From contig OZ024743.1 in NCBI GenBank assembly GCA_964016885.1, forward strand, positions 130,138,001 to 130,202,000: a stretch of 64,000 nucleotides of DNA. The letters are read 5' to 3'. The stretch comes from Eledone cirrhosa (lineage: Eukaryota). How positions within the stretch are numbered: position 1 is the first letter of the stretch; each line of letters begins with the position of its first letter. This document shows, piece after piece, positions 11,901 to 23,800 of this stretch. A program made the translations under genes and the position numbers. Under the pieces are notes generated by a model. It worked only from the letters and a program-made list of their open reading frames with translations, had not been told where the DNA came from and searched no databases.

Positions 11901-14819
11901 TTGGCGTTTGGTGTTTGGTGCTTGGTGCTTTGTGCTTGGTGCTTGGTTTTTGGTGTTTGGTGCTTGGTGTTTGGTGTTTGGTGTTTGGTGTTTGGTGCTT
12001 GGTGCTTGGTGATTGGTGCTTGTTGCTTGGTGCTTGGTGTTTGGTGCTTGGTGTTTGGTGGTTGGTGTTTGGTGTTTGGTGTTTGCTGTTTGGTGTTTGC
12101 TGTTTGGTGTTTGCTGTTTGGTGTTTGGTGTTTGCTGTTTGGTGTTTGGTGTTTGCTGTTTGGTGTTTGGTGTTTGCTGTTTGGTGTTTGCTGTTTGTGT
12201 TTGCTGTTTGGTGCTTGGTGCTTGGTGCTTGGTGTTTGTTCCTTGGTGCTTGGTGCTTGGTGATTGGTGCTTGGTGCCTGGTCTTTGGTGTTTGGATTTT
12301 GGTGCTTGGTGCTTGGTGCTTGGTGTTTGATGTGTGGTGCTTGATGCTTGGTGTTTGGTATTTGGTGCTTGGTGCTTGGTGCTTGGTGCTTGGTGTTTGG
12401 TGCTTGGTGCTTGGTGTTTGGTTCTTGGTGCTAGGTATTTGGTGTTCGGTGCGTGGTGCTTGGTGTTTGGTGCTTGGTGCTTGGTGCTTGGCGTTTGGTG
12501 TTTGTCGTTTGATGTTTGGCATTTTCTGTTTGGTGTTTGGTTTTTGGTGTTTGCTGTTTGGTGTTTGCTGTTTTTGTGTTTGGTGTTTGCTGTTTGGTGT
12601 TTGCTGTTTGGTGTTTTGTATTTTATGTTTGGTGTTTGGTGTTTGCTGTTTGGTGTTTGGTGTTTGGTGTTTGGTGTTTGCTGTTTTTGTGTTTGGTGTT
12701 TGCTGTTTGGTGTTTGCTGTTTGGTGTTTTGTATTTTATGTTTGGTGCTTGGTGCTTGGTGTTTGGTGCTTGGTGCTTGGTGTTTGGTTCTTGGTGCTAG
12801 GTATTTGGTGTTCGGTGCGTGGTGCTTGGTGTTTGGTGTTTGGTGCTTGGTGCTTGGTGCTTGGTGCTTGGTGTTTGGTGCTTGGTGCTTGGTACTTGGT
12901 GTTTGGTGTCTGGTGCTTGGTGCTTGGTGTTTGGTGTTTGGTGCTTGGTGCTCGGTGTTTGGTGATTGGTGCTTGGTGCTTGGTGTTTGGTGCTTGGTGC
13001 TTGGTGTTTGGTGTTTGGCGCTTGGTGCTTGGTGTTTGGTGCTTGGTGTTTGGTGCTTGGTGCTTGGTGTTTGGTGTTTGGTGCTTGGTGTTTGGTGTTT
13101 GGTGCTTGGGGCTTGGTGCTTGGTGTTTGGTGCTTGGTGCTTGGTGTCTGCTGTTTGGTGCTTGATGCTTGGTGTTTGGTGTTTGGTGCTTGGTGTTTGG
13201 TGCTTGGTGCTTGGTGTTTGGTGTTTGCTGTTTGCTGTTTGCTGTTTGCTATTTGTTGTTTGGTGTTTGCTGTTTGGTGTTTGGTGTTTGGTGTTTGCTG
13301 TTTGGTGATTGGTGTTTGCTATTTGGTGTTTTGTGTTTGCTGTTTGGTGTTTGGTGTTTGGTGCTTGGTGCTTGGTGCTTGGTGCTTGGTGTTTGGTGTT
13401 TGGTGCTTGGTGCTTGGTGCTTGGTGCTTGGTATCTGGTGCTTGGTGTTTGGTGCTTGGTGTTGTACTTGGTGCTAGGTGCTTGGTGTTTGATGCTTGGT
13501 GCTTGGTGCTTGGTGCTTGGTGCTTGGTGATTGGTGCTTGGTGTATGGTGTTTGATGCTTGGTGATTGGTGTTTGGTGCTTGGTGCTTGGTGTTTGCGGT
13601 TTGGCGTTTGGTGTTCGGCGTTTGATGTTTGGCGTTTGCTGTTTGGTGTTTGGTGCTTGATGTTTGCTGGTTCGTGTTTGGTGTTTGGCATTTGGTGTTT
13701 GGTACTTGGTGCTTGGTGCTTGGTTTTTGGTGTTTGGTGATTGGTGCTTGGTGCTTGGTGCTTGGTGTTTGGTGCTTGGTGATTGGTGTTTGGTGCTTGG
13801 TGCTTGGTTCTTGTTGTTTGGTGCTTGGAGCTTGGGGCTTGGTGTTTGGTGCTTCTTGCTTGGTGCTTGGTGTTTGGTGCTTGGTGCTTGGTTCTTGGTG
13901 CTTGGTGCTTGATGTTTTGTGCTTGGTGCTTGGTGCTTGGTGTTTGGTGTTTGGTGCTTGGTGCTTGGTGTTTGGTGCTTGGTGCTTGGTGCTTGGTGCT
14001 ACGTGCTTGGTGTTTGGTGTTTGGCATTTGGTGTTTGGTACTTGGTGCTTGGTGCTTGGTTTTTGGTGTTTGGTGATTGGTGCTTGGTGCTTGGTGATTG
14101 GTGTTTGGTGCTTGGTGATTGGTGTTTGGTTGTTGGTGCTTGGTTCTTGTTGTTTGGTGCTTGGTGCTTGGGGCTTGATGTTTGGTGCTTCTTGCTTGGT
14201 GCTTGGTGTTTGGTGCTTGGTGCTTGGTGCTTGGTGCTTGGTGTTTGGTTCTTGGTGCTTGGTGTTTGGTGTTTGGTGCTTGGTGTCTGGTGTTTGGTAT
14301 TTGGTGCTTGGTGTTTGGTGTTTGGTGCTTGGTGCTTGGTTCTTGGTGCTTGGTGCTTGATGTTTTGTGCTTGGTGCTTGGTGCTTGGTGTTTGGTGTTT
14401 GGTGCTTGGTGCTTGGTGCTTGGTGCTTGGTGCTTGGTGCTTGCTGTTTGGTGTTTGGTGCTTGGTGCTAGGTGTTTGGTGTTTGGTGTTTGCTGTTTGC
14501 TATTTGGTGTTTGGTGTTTGCTGTTTGGTGTTTGCTATTTGGTGTTTGCTGTTTGGTGTTTGGTGTGTGGTGTTTGGTGTTTGATGTGTGGTGCTTGGTG
14601 CTTGGTGTTTGGTATTTGGTGCTTGGTGCTTGGTGCTTGGTTCTTGGTGTTTGGTGCTTGGTGCTTGGTGCTTGGTGTTTGGTGCTTGGTGCTAGGTGTT
14701 TGGTGCTTGGTGCTTGGTGCTTTGTGTTTGGTGCTTGGTTCTTGATGCTTGATGTTTGGTGCTTGGTGCTTGGTACTTGGTGTTTGGTGCTTGGTGCTTG
14801 GTGTTTGGTGTTTGGTGCT

Positions 14820-17800
14820 TGGTGTTTGGTGCCTGGTGCTTGGTGCTTGGTGCTTGGTGTTTGGTGTTTGGTTCTTGGTGCTTGGTGCTTGGAGTTTGGT
14901 GTTTGGTGCTTGGTGCTTTGTGTTTTGTGTTTGGTGTATGGTTTTTGGTGCTTGGTGCTTGGTCATTGGTGTTTGGTGCTGGGTGCTTTGTGTTTTGTGC
15001 TTGGTGCTTGGTGTTTGGTGTTTGCTGCTTGGTGTTTGATGCTTGGTGCTTGGTGCTTGGTGTTTTGTGTTTGGTGCTTGGTTCTTGGTGTTTGGTGCTT
15101 GGTGCTTGGTACTTGGTGTTTGTACTTGGTGCTTGGTGCTTGGTGTTTGGTTCTTGGTTCTTGGTGTTTGGTACTTGGTGCTTGGTGCTTGATGTTTGGT
15201 GTTTGGTGCTTGGTGTTTGGTGCTTGGTACTTGGTGCTTGGTGCTTGGGGTTAGGTGTTTGGTGCTTGGTGCTTGGTGTTTGGTTTTTGGTGCTTGGTGC
15301 TTGGTGTTTGGTGTTTGGTGCTTGCTGCTGGCTGCTTGGTGTTTGATGCTTGGTGATTGGTGCTTGGTGTTTTGTGCTTGGTGTTTGGTGTTTGGTGCTA
15401 GGTGCTTGGTGTTTGGTGCTTGTTGCTTGGTGCTTGGTGTTTGGTGTTTGGTGTTAGGTGCTTCATGCTTGGTGTTTGGTGCTTGGTGCTGAGTGGTTGG
15501 TGTTTAGTGCTTGGTGTTTGGTGCTGGGTGCTTGGTGTTTGGTGCTTGGTGCTTGGTCTTTGGTGCTTGGTGTTTGGTGTTTGGTGCTTGGTGCTTGGTG
15601 CTTGGTGTTTGGTGCTTGGTGCTTGGTGTTTGGTGCTTGGTGCTTAGTGTTTGGTGCTTGGTGCTTAGTGTTTGGTGCTAGGTGCTTGGTGTTTGGTGCT
15701 TGGTCCTTGGTGTTTGGTGCCTGGTGCTTGGTGTTTGGTGTTTGGTGTTTGGTGCTTGGTGCTTGTTGTTTGGTGTTTGCTGTTTGCTGTTTGGTGTTTG
15801 TTGTTTGGTGTTTGTTGTTTGGTGTTTGCTGTTTGGTGTTTGGTGTTTGCTTTTTGGTGTTTGGTGTTTGCTGTATGTTGTTTGCTGTTTGGTGTTTGGT
15901 GTTTGGTGGTTGGTGCTTGGTGCTTGCTGCTGGCTGCTTGGTGCTTGGTGTTTGGTGCCTGGTGCTTGGTGCTTGGTGCTTGGTGTTTGGTGTTTGGTGC
16001 TTGGTGCTTGGAGTTTGGTGTTTGGCGCTTGGTGCTTGGTATTTCGTGTTTCGTGTTTGGTTTTTGGTGCTTGGTGCTTGGTGCTTGGTCCTTGGTGTTT
16101 GGTGCTGGGTGCTTGGTGTTTGGTGCTTGGTGTTTGGTGCTTGGTGTTAGGTGTTTGGTGCTTGGTGCTTGGTGTTTGGTGTTGGTGCTTGGTGTTTGAT
16201 GCTTGGTGTTTGGTGTTAGGTGTTTGGTGCTTGGTGTTTGGTGTTTGGTGCTTGGTGTTTGGTGCTTGGTGTTTGGTGCTTGGTGTTTGGTGCTTGGTAC
16301 TTGGTGCTTGGTGCTTGTTGTTAGGTGTTTGGTGCTTGGTGCTTGGTGTTTGGTGATTGGTGCTTGGTGTTTTGTGCTTGGTGTTTGGTGTTTGGTGCTA
16401 GGTTCTTGGTGTTTGGTGCTTGGTGCTTGGTGCTTGGTGTTTGGTGTTTGGTGCTTGGTGCTTGGTGTTTGGTGCTTGGTCCTGGGTGGTTGGTGTTTAG
16501 TGCTTGGTGTTTGGTGCTGGGTGCTTGGTGTTTGGTGCTTGGTGCTTGGTCTTTGGTGCTTGGTGTTTGGTGTTTGGTGCTTGGTGCTTGGTGCTTGGTG
16601 TTTGGTGCTTGGTGCTTGGTGTTTGGTGCTTGGTGCTTAGTGTTTGGTGCTTGGTGCTTAGTGTTTGGTGCTAGGTGCTTGGTGTTTGGTGCTTGGTGCT
16701 TGGCGTTTGGTGCCTGGTGCTTGGTGTTTGGTGTTTGGTGTTTGGTGCTTGGTGCTTGGTGTTTGGTGTTTGCTGTTTGCTGTTTGGTGTTTGTTGTTTG
16801 GTGTTTGCTGTTTGGTGTTTGGTGTTTGCTTTTTGGTGTTTGGTGTTTGGTGCTTGGTGTTTGGTGCTTGATGTTTGGTGCTTGGTGCTTGGTGTTTGGT
16901 GCCTGGTGCTTGGTGCTTGGTGCTTGGTGTTTGGTGTTTGGAGCTTGGTGCTTGGATTTTGGAGTTTGGTGCTTGGTGCTTGGTGTTTCGTGTTTCGTGT
17001 TTGGTTTTTGGTGATTGGTGCTTGGTGCTTGGTCCTTGGTGTTTGGTGCTGGGTGCTTTGTGTTTGGTGCTTGGTGCTTGGTGCTTGGTGTTTGGTGTTT
17101 GCTGCTTGGTGTTTGATGCTTGGTGCTTGGTGCTTGGTGTTTTGTGTTTGGTGCTTGGTGCTTGGTGTTTGGTGCTTGGTGCTTGGTGCTTGGTGTTTGT
17201 ACTTGGTTCTTGGTGATTGGTGTTTGGTTCTTGGTTCTTGGTGTTTGGTGTTTGGCGTTTGGTGTTTGGTACTTGGTGCTTGGTGTTTGGTGCTTGGTGC
17301 TTGATGTTTGGTGCCTGGTGCTTGGTGCTTGGTGCTTGGTGTTTGGTGTTTGGTGCTTGGTGCTTGGTGCTTGGAGTTTGGTGTTTGGTGCTTGGTGCTT
17401 GGTGTTTTGTGTTTGGTGTTTGGTTTTTGGTGCTTGGTGCTTGGTGCTTGGTGTTTGGTGCTGGGTGCTTTGTGTTTGGTGCTTGGTGATTGGTGTTTGG
17501 TGTTTGCTGCTTGGTGTTTGATGCTTGGTGCTTGGTGCTTGGTGTTTTGTGTTTGGTGCTTGGTTCTTGGTGTTTGGTGCTTGGTGCTTGGTGCTTGGTG
17601 TTTGTACTTGGTGCTTGGTACTTGGTGTTTGGTTCTTGGTTCTTGGTGTTTGGTACTTGGTGCTTGGTGCTTGATGTTTGGTGTTTGGTGCTTGGTGTTT
17701 GGTGCTTGGTGCTTGGTGCTTGGTGTTAGGTGTTTGGTGATTGGTACTTGGTGTTTGGTGCTTGGTGTTTGCTGTTTGCTGTTTGGTGTTTGGTGTTTGG

Positions 17801-20800
17801 TGTTTGGTGTTTGCTGTTTGGTGTCTCCTTTTTGGTGTTTAGTGTTTGCTGTATGGTGTTTGGTGTTTGCTGTTTGGTGTTTGGTCTTTGGTGCTTGGTG
17901 TTTGGTGCTTGGTGCTTGGTGTTTGGTGTTTGGTGCTTGGTGCTTGGTGTTTGGTGTTTGGTGCTTGGTGTTTGGTGTTTGGTGCTTGGTGTCTGGTGCT
18001 TGGTGTTTGGTGTTTGGTGCTTGGTGTTTGGTGTTTGGTGCTTGGTGTTTGGTGTTTGGTGTTTGGTGCTTCGTGCTTGGTGTTTGGTGTTTGGTGTTTG
18101 GTGCTTGGTGTCTGGTGCTTGGTGTTTGGTGTTTGGTGCTTGGTGTTTGGTGTTTGGTGTTTGGTGCTTGGTGCTTGGTGCTTGGTGTTTGGTGTTTGGT
18201 GTTTGGTGTTTGGTGCTTGGTGCTTGGTGTTTGGTGCTTGGTGCTGGGTGGTTGGTGTTTGGTGCTTGGTGTTTGGTGCTGGGTGCTTGGTGTTTGGTGC
18301 TGGGTGCTTGGTGTTTGGTGCTGGGTGCTTGGTGTTTGGTGCTTGATGCTTGGTCTTTGGTGCTTGGTGTTTGGTGCTTGGTGCTTGCTGCTTGGTGTTT
18401 GGTGCTTGGTGCTTGGTGTTTGGTGCTTGGTGCTTGGTGTTTGGTTTTTGGTGCTTGCTGCTGGCTACGTGGTGTTTGATGCGTGGTGATTGGTGCTTGG
18501 TGTTTGGTGCTTGGTGTTTGGTGTTTGATGCTTGGTGCTTGGTGCTTGGTGTTTGGTGCTTGGTGCTTGGTGTTTGGTGCTTGGTGCTTGGTGTTTGGTG
18601 CTTGGTGTTTGGTGCTTGGTGCTTGGTGTTTGGTGTTTGGTGCTTGGTGTTTGGTGCTTGGTACTTGGTGCTTGGTGCTTGGTGTTAGGTGTTTGGTGCT
18701 TGGTGCTTGGTGTCTGGTTTTTGGTGCTTGGTGCTTGGTGTTTGGTGTTTGGTGCTTGCTGCTGGCTGCTTGGTGTTTGGTGCTTGGTGATTGCTGCTTG
18801 ATGTTTGGTGCTTGGTGTTTGGTGTTATATGCTTGGTGTTTGATGCTTGGTGCTTGGTGCTTAGTGTTTGGTGTTTGGTGTTTGATGCTTGGTGCTTGGT
18901 GTTTGGTGCTTGGTGCTTGGTGTTTGTACTTGGTGCTTGGTGCTTGGTGCTTGGTGTTTGGGGCTTGGTGTTTGGTGCTTGGTGCTTGGTGCTTGGTCCT
19001 TGGTGCTTGGTGTTTGGTGGTTGGTGTTTGGTGCTTGGTGTTAGGTGTTTGGTGCTTGGTGCTTGGTGTTTGGTGTTTGGTGCTTGGTGTTTGGTGTTTG
19101 GTGCTTGGAGTTTGGTGCTTGGTACTTGGTGCTTGGTGCTTGGTGTTAGGTGTTTGGTGCTTGGTGTTTGGTGCTTGGTGTTTGGTGCTTGGTGCTTGGT
19201 GCTTGGTGCTTGGTGTTTGGTGGTTGGTGTTTGGTGCTTGGTGTTTGGTGCTTGGTGTTAGGTGTTTGGTGCTTGGTGCTTGGTGTTTGGTGTTTGGTGC
19301 TTGGTGCTTGGTGCTTGGTGCTTGGTGTTTGGTGGTTGGTGTTTGGTGCTTGGTGTTTGGTGCTTGGTGTTAGGTGTTTGGTGTTTGGTGGTTGGTGTTT
19401 GGTGCTTGGTGTTTGGTGCTTGGTGTTTGGTGCTTGGTACTTGGTGCTTGATGCTTGGTGTTAGGTGTTTGGTGCTTGGTGCTTGGTGTTTGGTTTTTGG
19501 TGCTTGGTGCTTGGTGTTTGGTGTTTGGTGCTTGCTGCTGGCTGCTTGGTGTTTGATGCTTGGTGATTGGTGCTTGGTGTTTTGTGCTTGGTGTTTGGTG
19601 ATTGGTGCTAGGTGCTTGGTGTTTGGTGCTTGGTGCTTGGTGCTTGGTGTTTGGTGTTTGGTGCTTGGTGCTTGGTGTTTGGTGCTTGGTGCTGGGTGGT
19701 TGGTGTTTAGTGCTAGGTGTTTGGTGCTGGGTGCTTGGTGTTTGGTGTTTGGTGCTTGGTGCTTGGTGCTTGGTGTTTGGTGCTTGGTGCTTAGTGTTTG
19801 GTGCTTGTGTGCTTGGTGCTTGGTGTTTGGTGCTTGGTGTTTGGTGCTTGGTGCTTGGTGCTTGGTGCTTGGTGTTTGGTGCTTGGTGTTAGGTGTTTGG
19901 TGCTTGGTGCTTGGTGTTTGGTGTTTGGTGCTTGGTGTTTGGTGCTTGGTGTTTGGTGTTAGGTGTTTGGTGCTTGGTGTTTGGTGTTTGGTGCTTGGTG
20001 TTTGGTGCTTGGTGTTTGGTGCTTGGTGTTTGGTGCTTGGTACTTGGTGCTTGGTGCTTGGTGTTAGGTGTTTGGTGCTTGGTGCTTGGTGTTTGGTTTT
20101 TGGTGCTTGGTGCTTGGTGTTTGGTGTTTGGTGCTTGCTGCTGGCTGCTTGGTGTTTGATGCTTGGTGATTGGTGCTTGGTGTTTTGTGCTTGGTGTTTG
20201 GTGTTTGGTGCTAGGTGCTTGGTGTTTGGTGCTTGGTGCTTGGTGCTTGGTGTTTGGTGTTTGGTGCTTGGTGCTTGGTGTTTGGTGCTTGGTGCTGGGT
20301 GGTTGGTGTTTAGTGCTTGGTGTTTAGTGCTGGGTGCTTGGTGTTTGGTGCTTGGTGCTTGGTCTTTGGTGCTTGGTGTTTCGTGTTTGGTGCTTGGTGC
20401 TTGGTGCTTGGTGTTTGGTGCTTGGTGCTTGGTGCTTGGTGTTTGGTGCTTGCTGCTTAGTGTTTGGTGCTTGGTGCTTAGTGTTTGGTGCTAGGTGCTT
20501 GGTGTTTGGTGCTTGGTGCTTGGTGTTTGGTGCCTGGTGCTTGGTGTTTGGTGTTTGGTGTTTGGTGCTTGGTGCTTGGTGTTTGGTGTTTGTTGTTTGG
20601 TGTTTGTTGTTTGGTGTTTGTTGTTTGGTGTTTGCTGTTTGGTGTTTGGTGTTTGCTTTTTGGTGTTTGGTGTTTGCTGTATGTTGTTTGCTGTTTGGTG
20701 TTTGGTGTTTGGTGTTTGGTGCTTGGTGTTTGGTGCTCGGTGCTTGGTATTTGGTGCCTGGTGCTTGGTGCTTGGTGCTTGGTGTTTGGTGTTTTGTGCT

Positions 20801-23800
20801 TGGTGCTTGGATTTTGGTGTTTGGTGCTTGGTGATTGGTGATTCGTGTTTCGTGTTTGGTTTTTGGTGATTGGTGCTTGGTGCTTGGTCCTTGGTGTTTG
20901 GTGCTGGGTGCTTTGTGTTTGGTGCTTGGTGCTTGGTGCTTGGTGTTTGGTGTTTGCTGCTTGGTGTTTGATGCTTGGTGCTTGGTGCTTGGTGTTTTGT
21001 GTTTGGTGCTTGGTGCTTGGTGTTTGGTGCTTGGTGCTTGGTGCTTGGTGTTTGTACTTGGTGCTTGGTGTTTGGTGTTTGGCGTTTGGTGTTTGGTGTT
21101 TGGTGCTTGGTGTTTGGTGCTTGGTGCTTGGTGTTTGGTGCCTGGTGCTTGGTGCTTGGTGCTTGGTGTTTGGTGTTTGGTGCTTGGTGCTTGGTGTTTG
21201 GAGTTTGGTGTTTGGTGCTTGGTGCTTGGTGTTTTGTGCTGGGTGCTTTGTGTTTGGTGCTTGGTGCTTGGTGTTTGGTGTTTGCTGCTTGGTGTTTGGT
21301 GCTTGGTGCTTGGTGCTTGGTGTTTGTACTTGGTGCTTGGTGCTTGGTGTTTGGTTCTTGGTTCTTGGTGTTTGGTACTTGGTGCTTGGTGCTTGATGTT
21401 TGGTGTTTGGTGCTTGGTGTTTGGTGCTTGGTGCTTGGTGCTTGGTGTTGGTGTTTGGTGCTTGGTCCTTGGTGTTTGGTGCTTGGTGTTTGGTGTTTGC
21501 TGTTTGGTGTTTGGTGTTTGGTGTTTGGTGTTTGCTGTTTGGTGTCTGCTTTTTGGTGATTAGTGTTTGCTGTATGGTGTTTGGTGTTTGCTGTTTGGTG
21601 TTTGGTGTTTGGTGCTTGGTGTTTGGTGCTTGGTGCTTGGTGTTTGGTGTTTGGTGCTTTGTGCTTGGTGTTTGGTGTTTGGTGCTTGGTGTTTGGTGTT
21701 TGGTGCTTGGTGTCTGGTGCTTGGTGTTTGGTGTTTGGTGCTTGCTGCTGGCTGCTTCGTGTTTGATGCATGGTGATTGGTGCTTGGTGTTTGGTGCTTG
21801 GTGTTTGGTGTTTGATGCTTGGTGCTTGGTGCTTGGTGTTTGGTGCTTGGTGCTTGGTGTTTGGTGCTTGGTGCTTGGTGTTTGGTGCTTGGTGTTTGGT
21901 GCTTGGTGCTTGGTGTTTGGTGTTTGGTGCTTGGTGTTGGGTGCTTGGTACTTGGTGCTTGGTGCTTGGTGTTAGGTGTTTGGTGCTTGGTGCTTGGTGT
22001 CTGGTGTCTGGTTTTTGGTGCTTGGTGCTTGGTGTTTGGTGTTTGGTGCTTGCTGCTGGCTGCTTGGTGTTTGGTGCTTGGTGAATGCTGCTTGGTGCTT
22101 GGTGTTTGGTGCTTGGTGTTTGGTGCTTGGTGCTTGGTGCTTGGTGTTTGGTGCTTGGTGTTTGGTGCTTGGTGTTAGGTGTTTGGTGCTTGGTGCTTGG
22201 TGTTTGCTGTTTGGTGTTTGGTGTTTGGTGTTTGGTGTTTGCTGTTTCGTGTCTACTTTTTGGTGTTTGGTTTTTTGCTGTATGTTGTTTGGTGTTTGGT
22301 GTTTGGTGCTTGGTGCTTGGTGTTTGTACTTGATGCTTGGTGCTTGGTTCTTGGTGTTTGGTGCTTGGTGCTTGGTGTTTGGTGCTTGGTGTTTGGTGTT
22401 TGGTGCTTGGTGTTTGGTGCTTGGTGTTTGGTGCTTGGTGCTTGGTGCTTGGTGCTTGGTGTTTGGTGCTTGGTGTTTGGTGCTTGGTGTTCGATGCTTG
22501 GTGCTTGGTGCTTGGTGTTTGGTGCTTGGTGCTTGGTGTTTGTACTTGGTGCTTGGTGCTCGGTTCTTGGTGTTTGGTGCTTGGTGCTTGGTGTTTGGTG
22601 CTTGGTGCTTGGTGTTTGGTGCTTGGTGTTTGGTGCTTGGTGTTTGGTGCTTGGTGCTTGGTGCTTGGTGCTTGGTGTTTGGTGCTTGGTGTTTGGTGCT
22701 TGGTGTTAGGTGTTTGGTGCTTGGTGCTTGGTGTTTGGTGCTTGGTGTTTGGTGCTTGGTGTTTGGTGTTAGGTGTTTGATGCTTGGTGTTTGGTGTTTG
22801 GTGCTTGGTGTTTGGTGCTTGGTGCTTGGTGTTTGGTGTTTGGTGCTTGGTGTTTGGTGCTTGGTACTTGGTGCTTGGTGCTTGGTGTTAGGTGCTTGGT
22901 GCTTGGTGATTGGTTTTTGGTGCTTGGTGCTTGGTGTTTGGTGTTTGGTGCTTGCTGCTGGCTGCTTGGTGTTTGATGCTTGGTGATTGGTGCTTGGTGT
23001 TTGGTGCTTGGTGTTTGGTGTTTGGTGCTAGGTGCTTGGTGTTAGGTGTTTGGTGCTTGGTGCTTGGTGTTTGGTGTTTGGTGCTTGGTGTTTGGTGTTT
23101 GGTGTTTGGTGCTTGGTGTTTGGTGTTTGGTGCTTGGTGTTTGGTGCTTGGTATTTGGTACTTGGTGCTTGGTGTTAGGTGTTTGGTGCTTGGTGCTTGG
23201 TGTTTGGTTTTTGGTGCTTGGTGCTTGGTGTTTGGTGTTTGGTGCTTGCTGCTGGCTGCTTGGTGTTTGGTGCTTGGTGATTGGTGCTTGGTGTTTGGTG
23301 CTAGGTGCTTGGTGCTTGGTGTTTGGTGCTTGGTGCTTGGTGTTTGGTGCTTGGTGCTTGGTGTTTGGTGCTTGGTGCTGGGTGGTTGGTGTTTGGTGCT
23401 TGGTGTTTGGTGCTTGGTGCTTGGTCTTTGGGGCTTGGTGTTTGGTGTTTGGTGCTTGGTGCTTGGTGCTTGGTGTTTGGTGCTTGGTGCTTGGTGTTTA
23501 GTGCTTGGTGCTTAGTGTTTGGTGCTAGGTGCTTGGGGTTTGGTTCTTGGTTCTTGGTGTTAGGTATTTGCTGTTTGCTGTTTGGTGTTTGTTATTTGGT
23601 GTTTGTTGTTTGGTGTTTGCTGTTTGGTGTTTGGTGTTTGCTGTTTCGTGTCTGCTTTTTGGTGTTTGGTGTTTGCTGTATGTTGTTTGGTGTTTGGTGT
23701 TTGGTGTTTGGTGTTTGGTGCTTGGTGCTTGGTGCTTGGTGTTTGGTGCTTGGTGCTTGGTGTTTGGTGCCTGGTGCTTGGTGCTTGGTGTTTGGTGTTT

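Larger units (their letters stand above)
1..14820 (+). repeat. Satellite domain I: HOR units of 2.7-3.4 kb arranged A-B-A'-B' plus a degenerate fifth unit
   Basis: Marker TAGTGC...GGTCTTTGGCGC recurs at 171, 2852, 6296, 8976 and 11825 (spacings 2681, 3444, 2680, 2849). Near-identical ORFs recur at 436, 3117, 6560 and 9241. Domain-typical markers are GCTACGTGC, TTGTTAC, TGTCGT, GGCATTTTC and GTATTTCATG. Confidence 0.92.

Noticed and set aside
11736-14027. 763-aa minus-strand ORF (KHQAPST/KHQTPNT repeats), and the similar 622-aa ORF at 53232-55100, as mucin-like or structural repeat proteins
   Set aside because: Length only reflects the rarity of TTA/CTA/TCA on the + strand. There is no signal peptide or unique domain, the starts are chance CAT variants, and paralogous copies do not keep the frame. 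Only Ribo-seq or proteomics could revive this.
18240-18260. Chi-like motif GCTGGGTGG
   Set aside because: It is not an exact E. coli Chi (GCTGGTGG), is expected from substitutions in a G/T-rich heptamer, and has no bacterial context.
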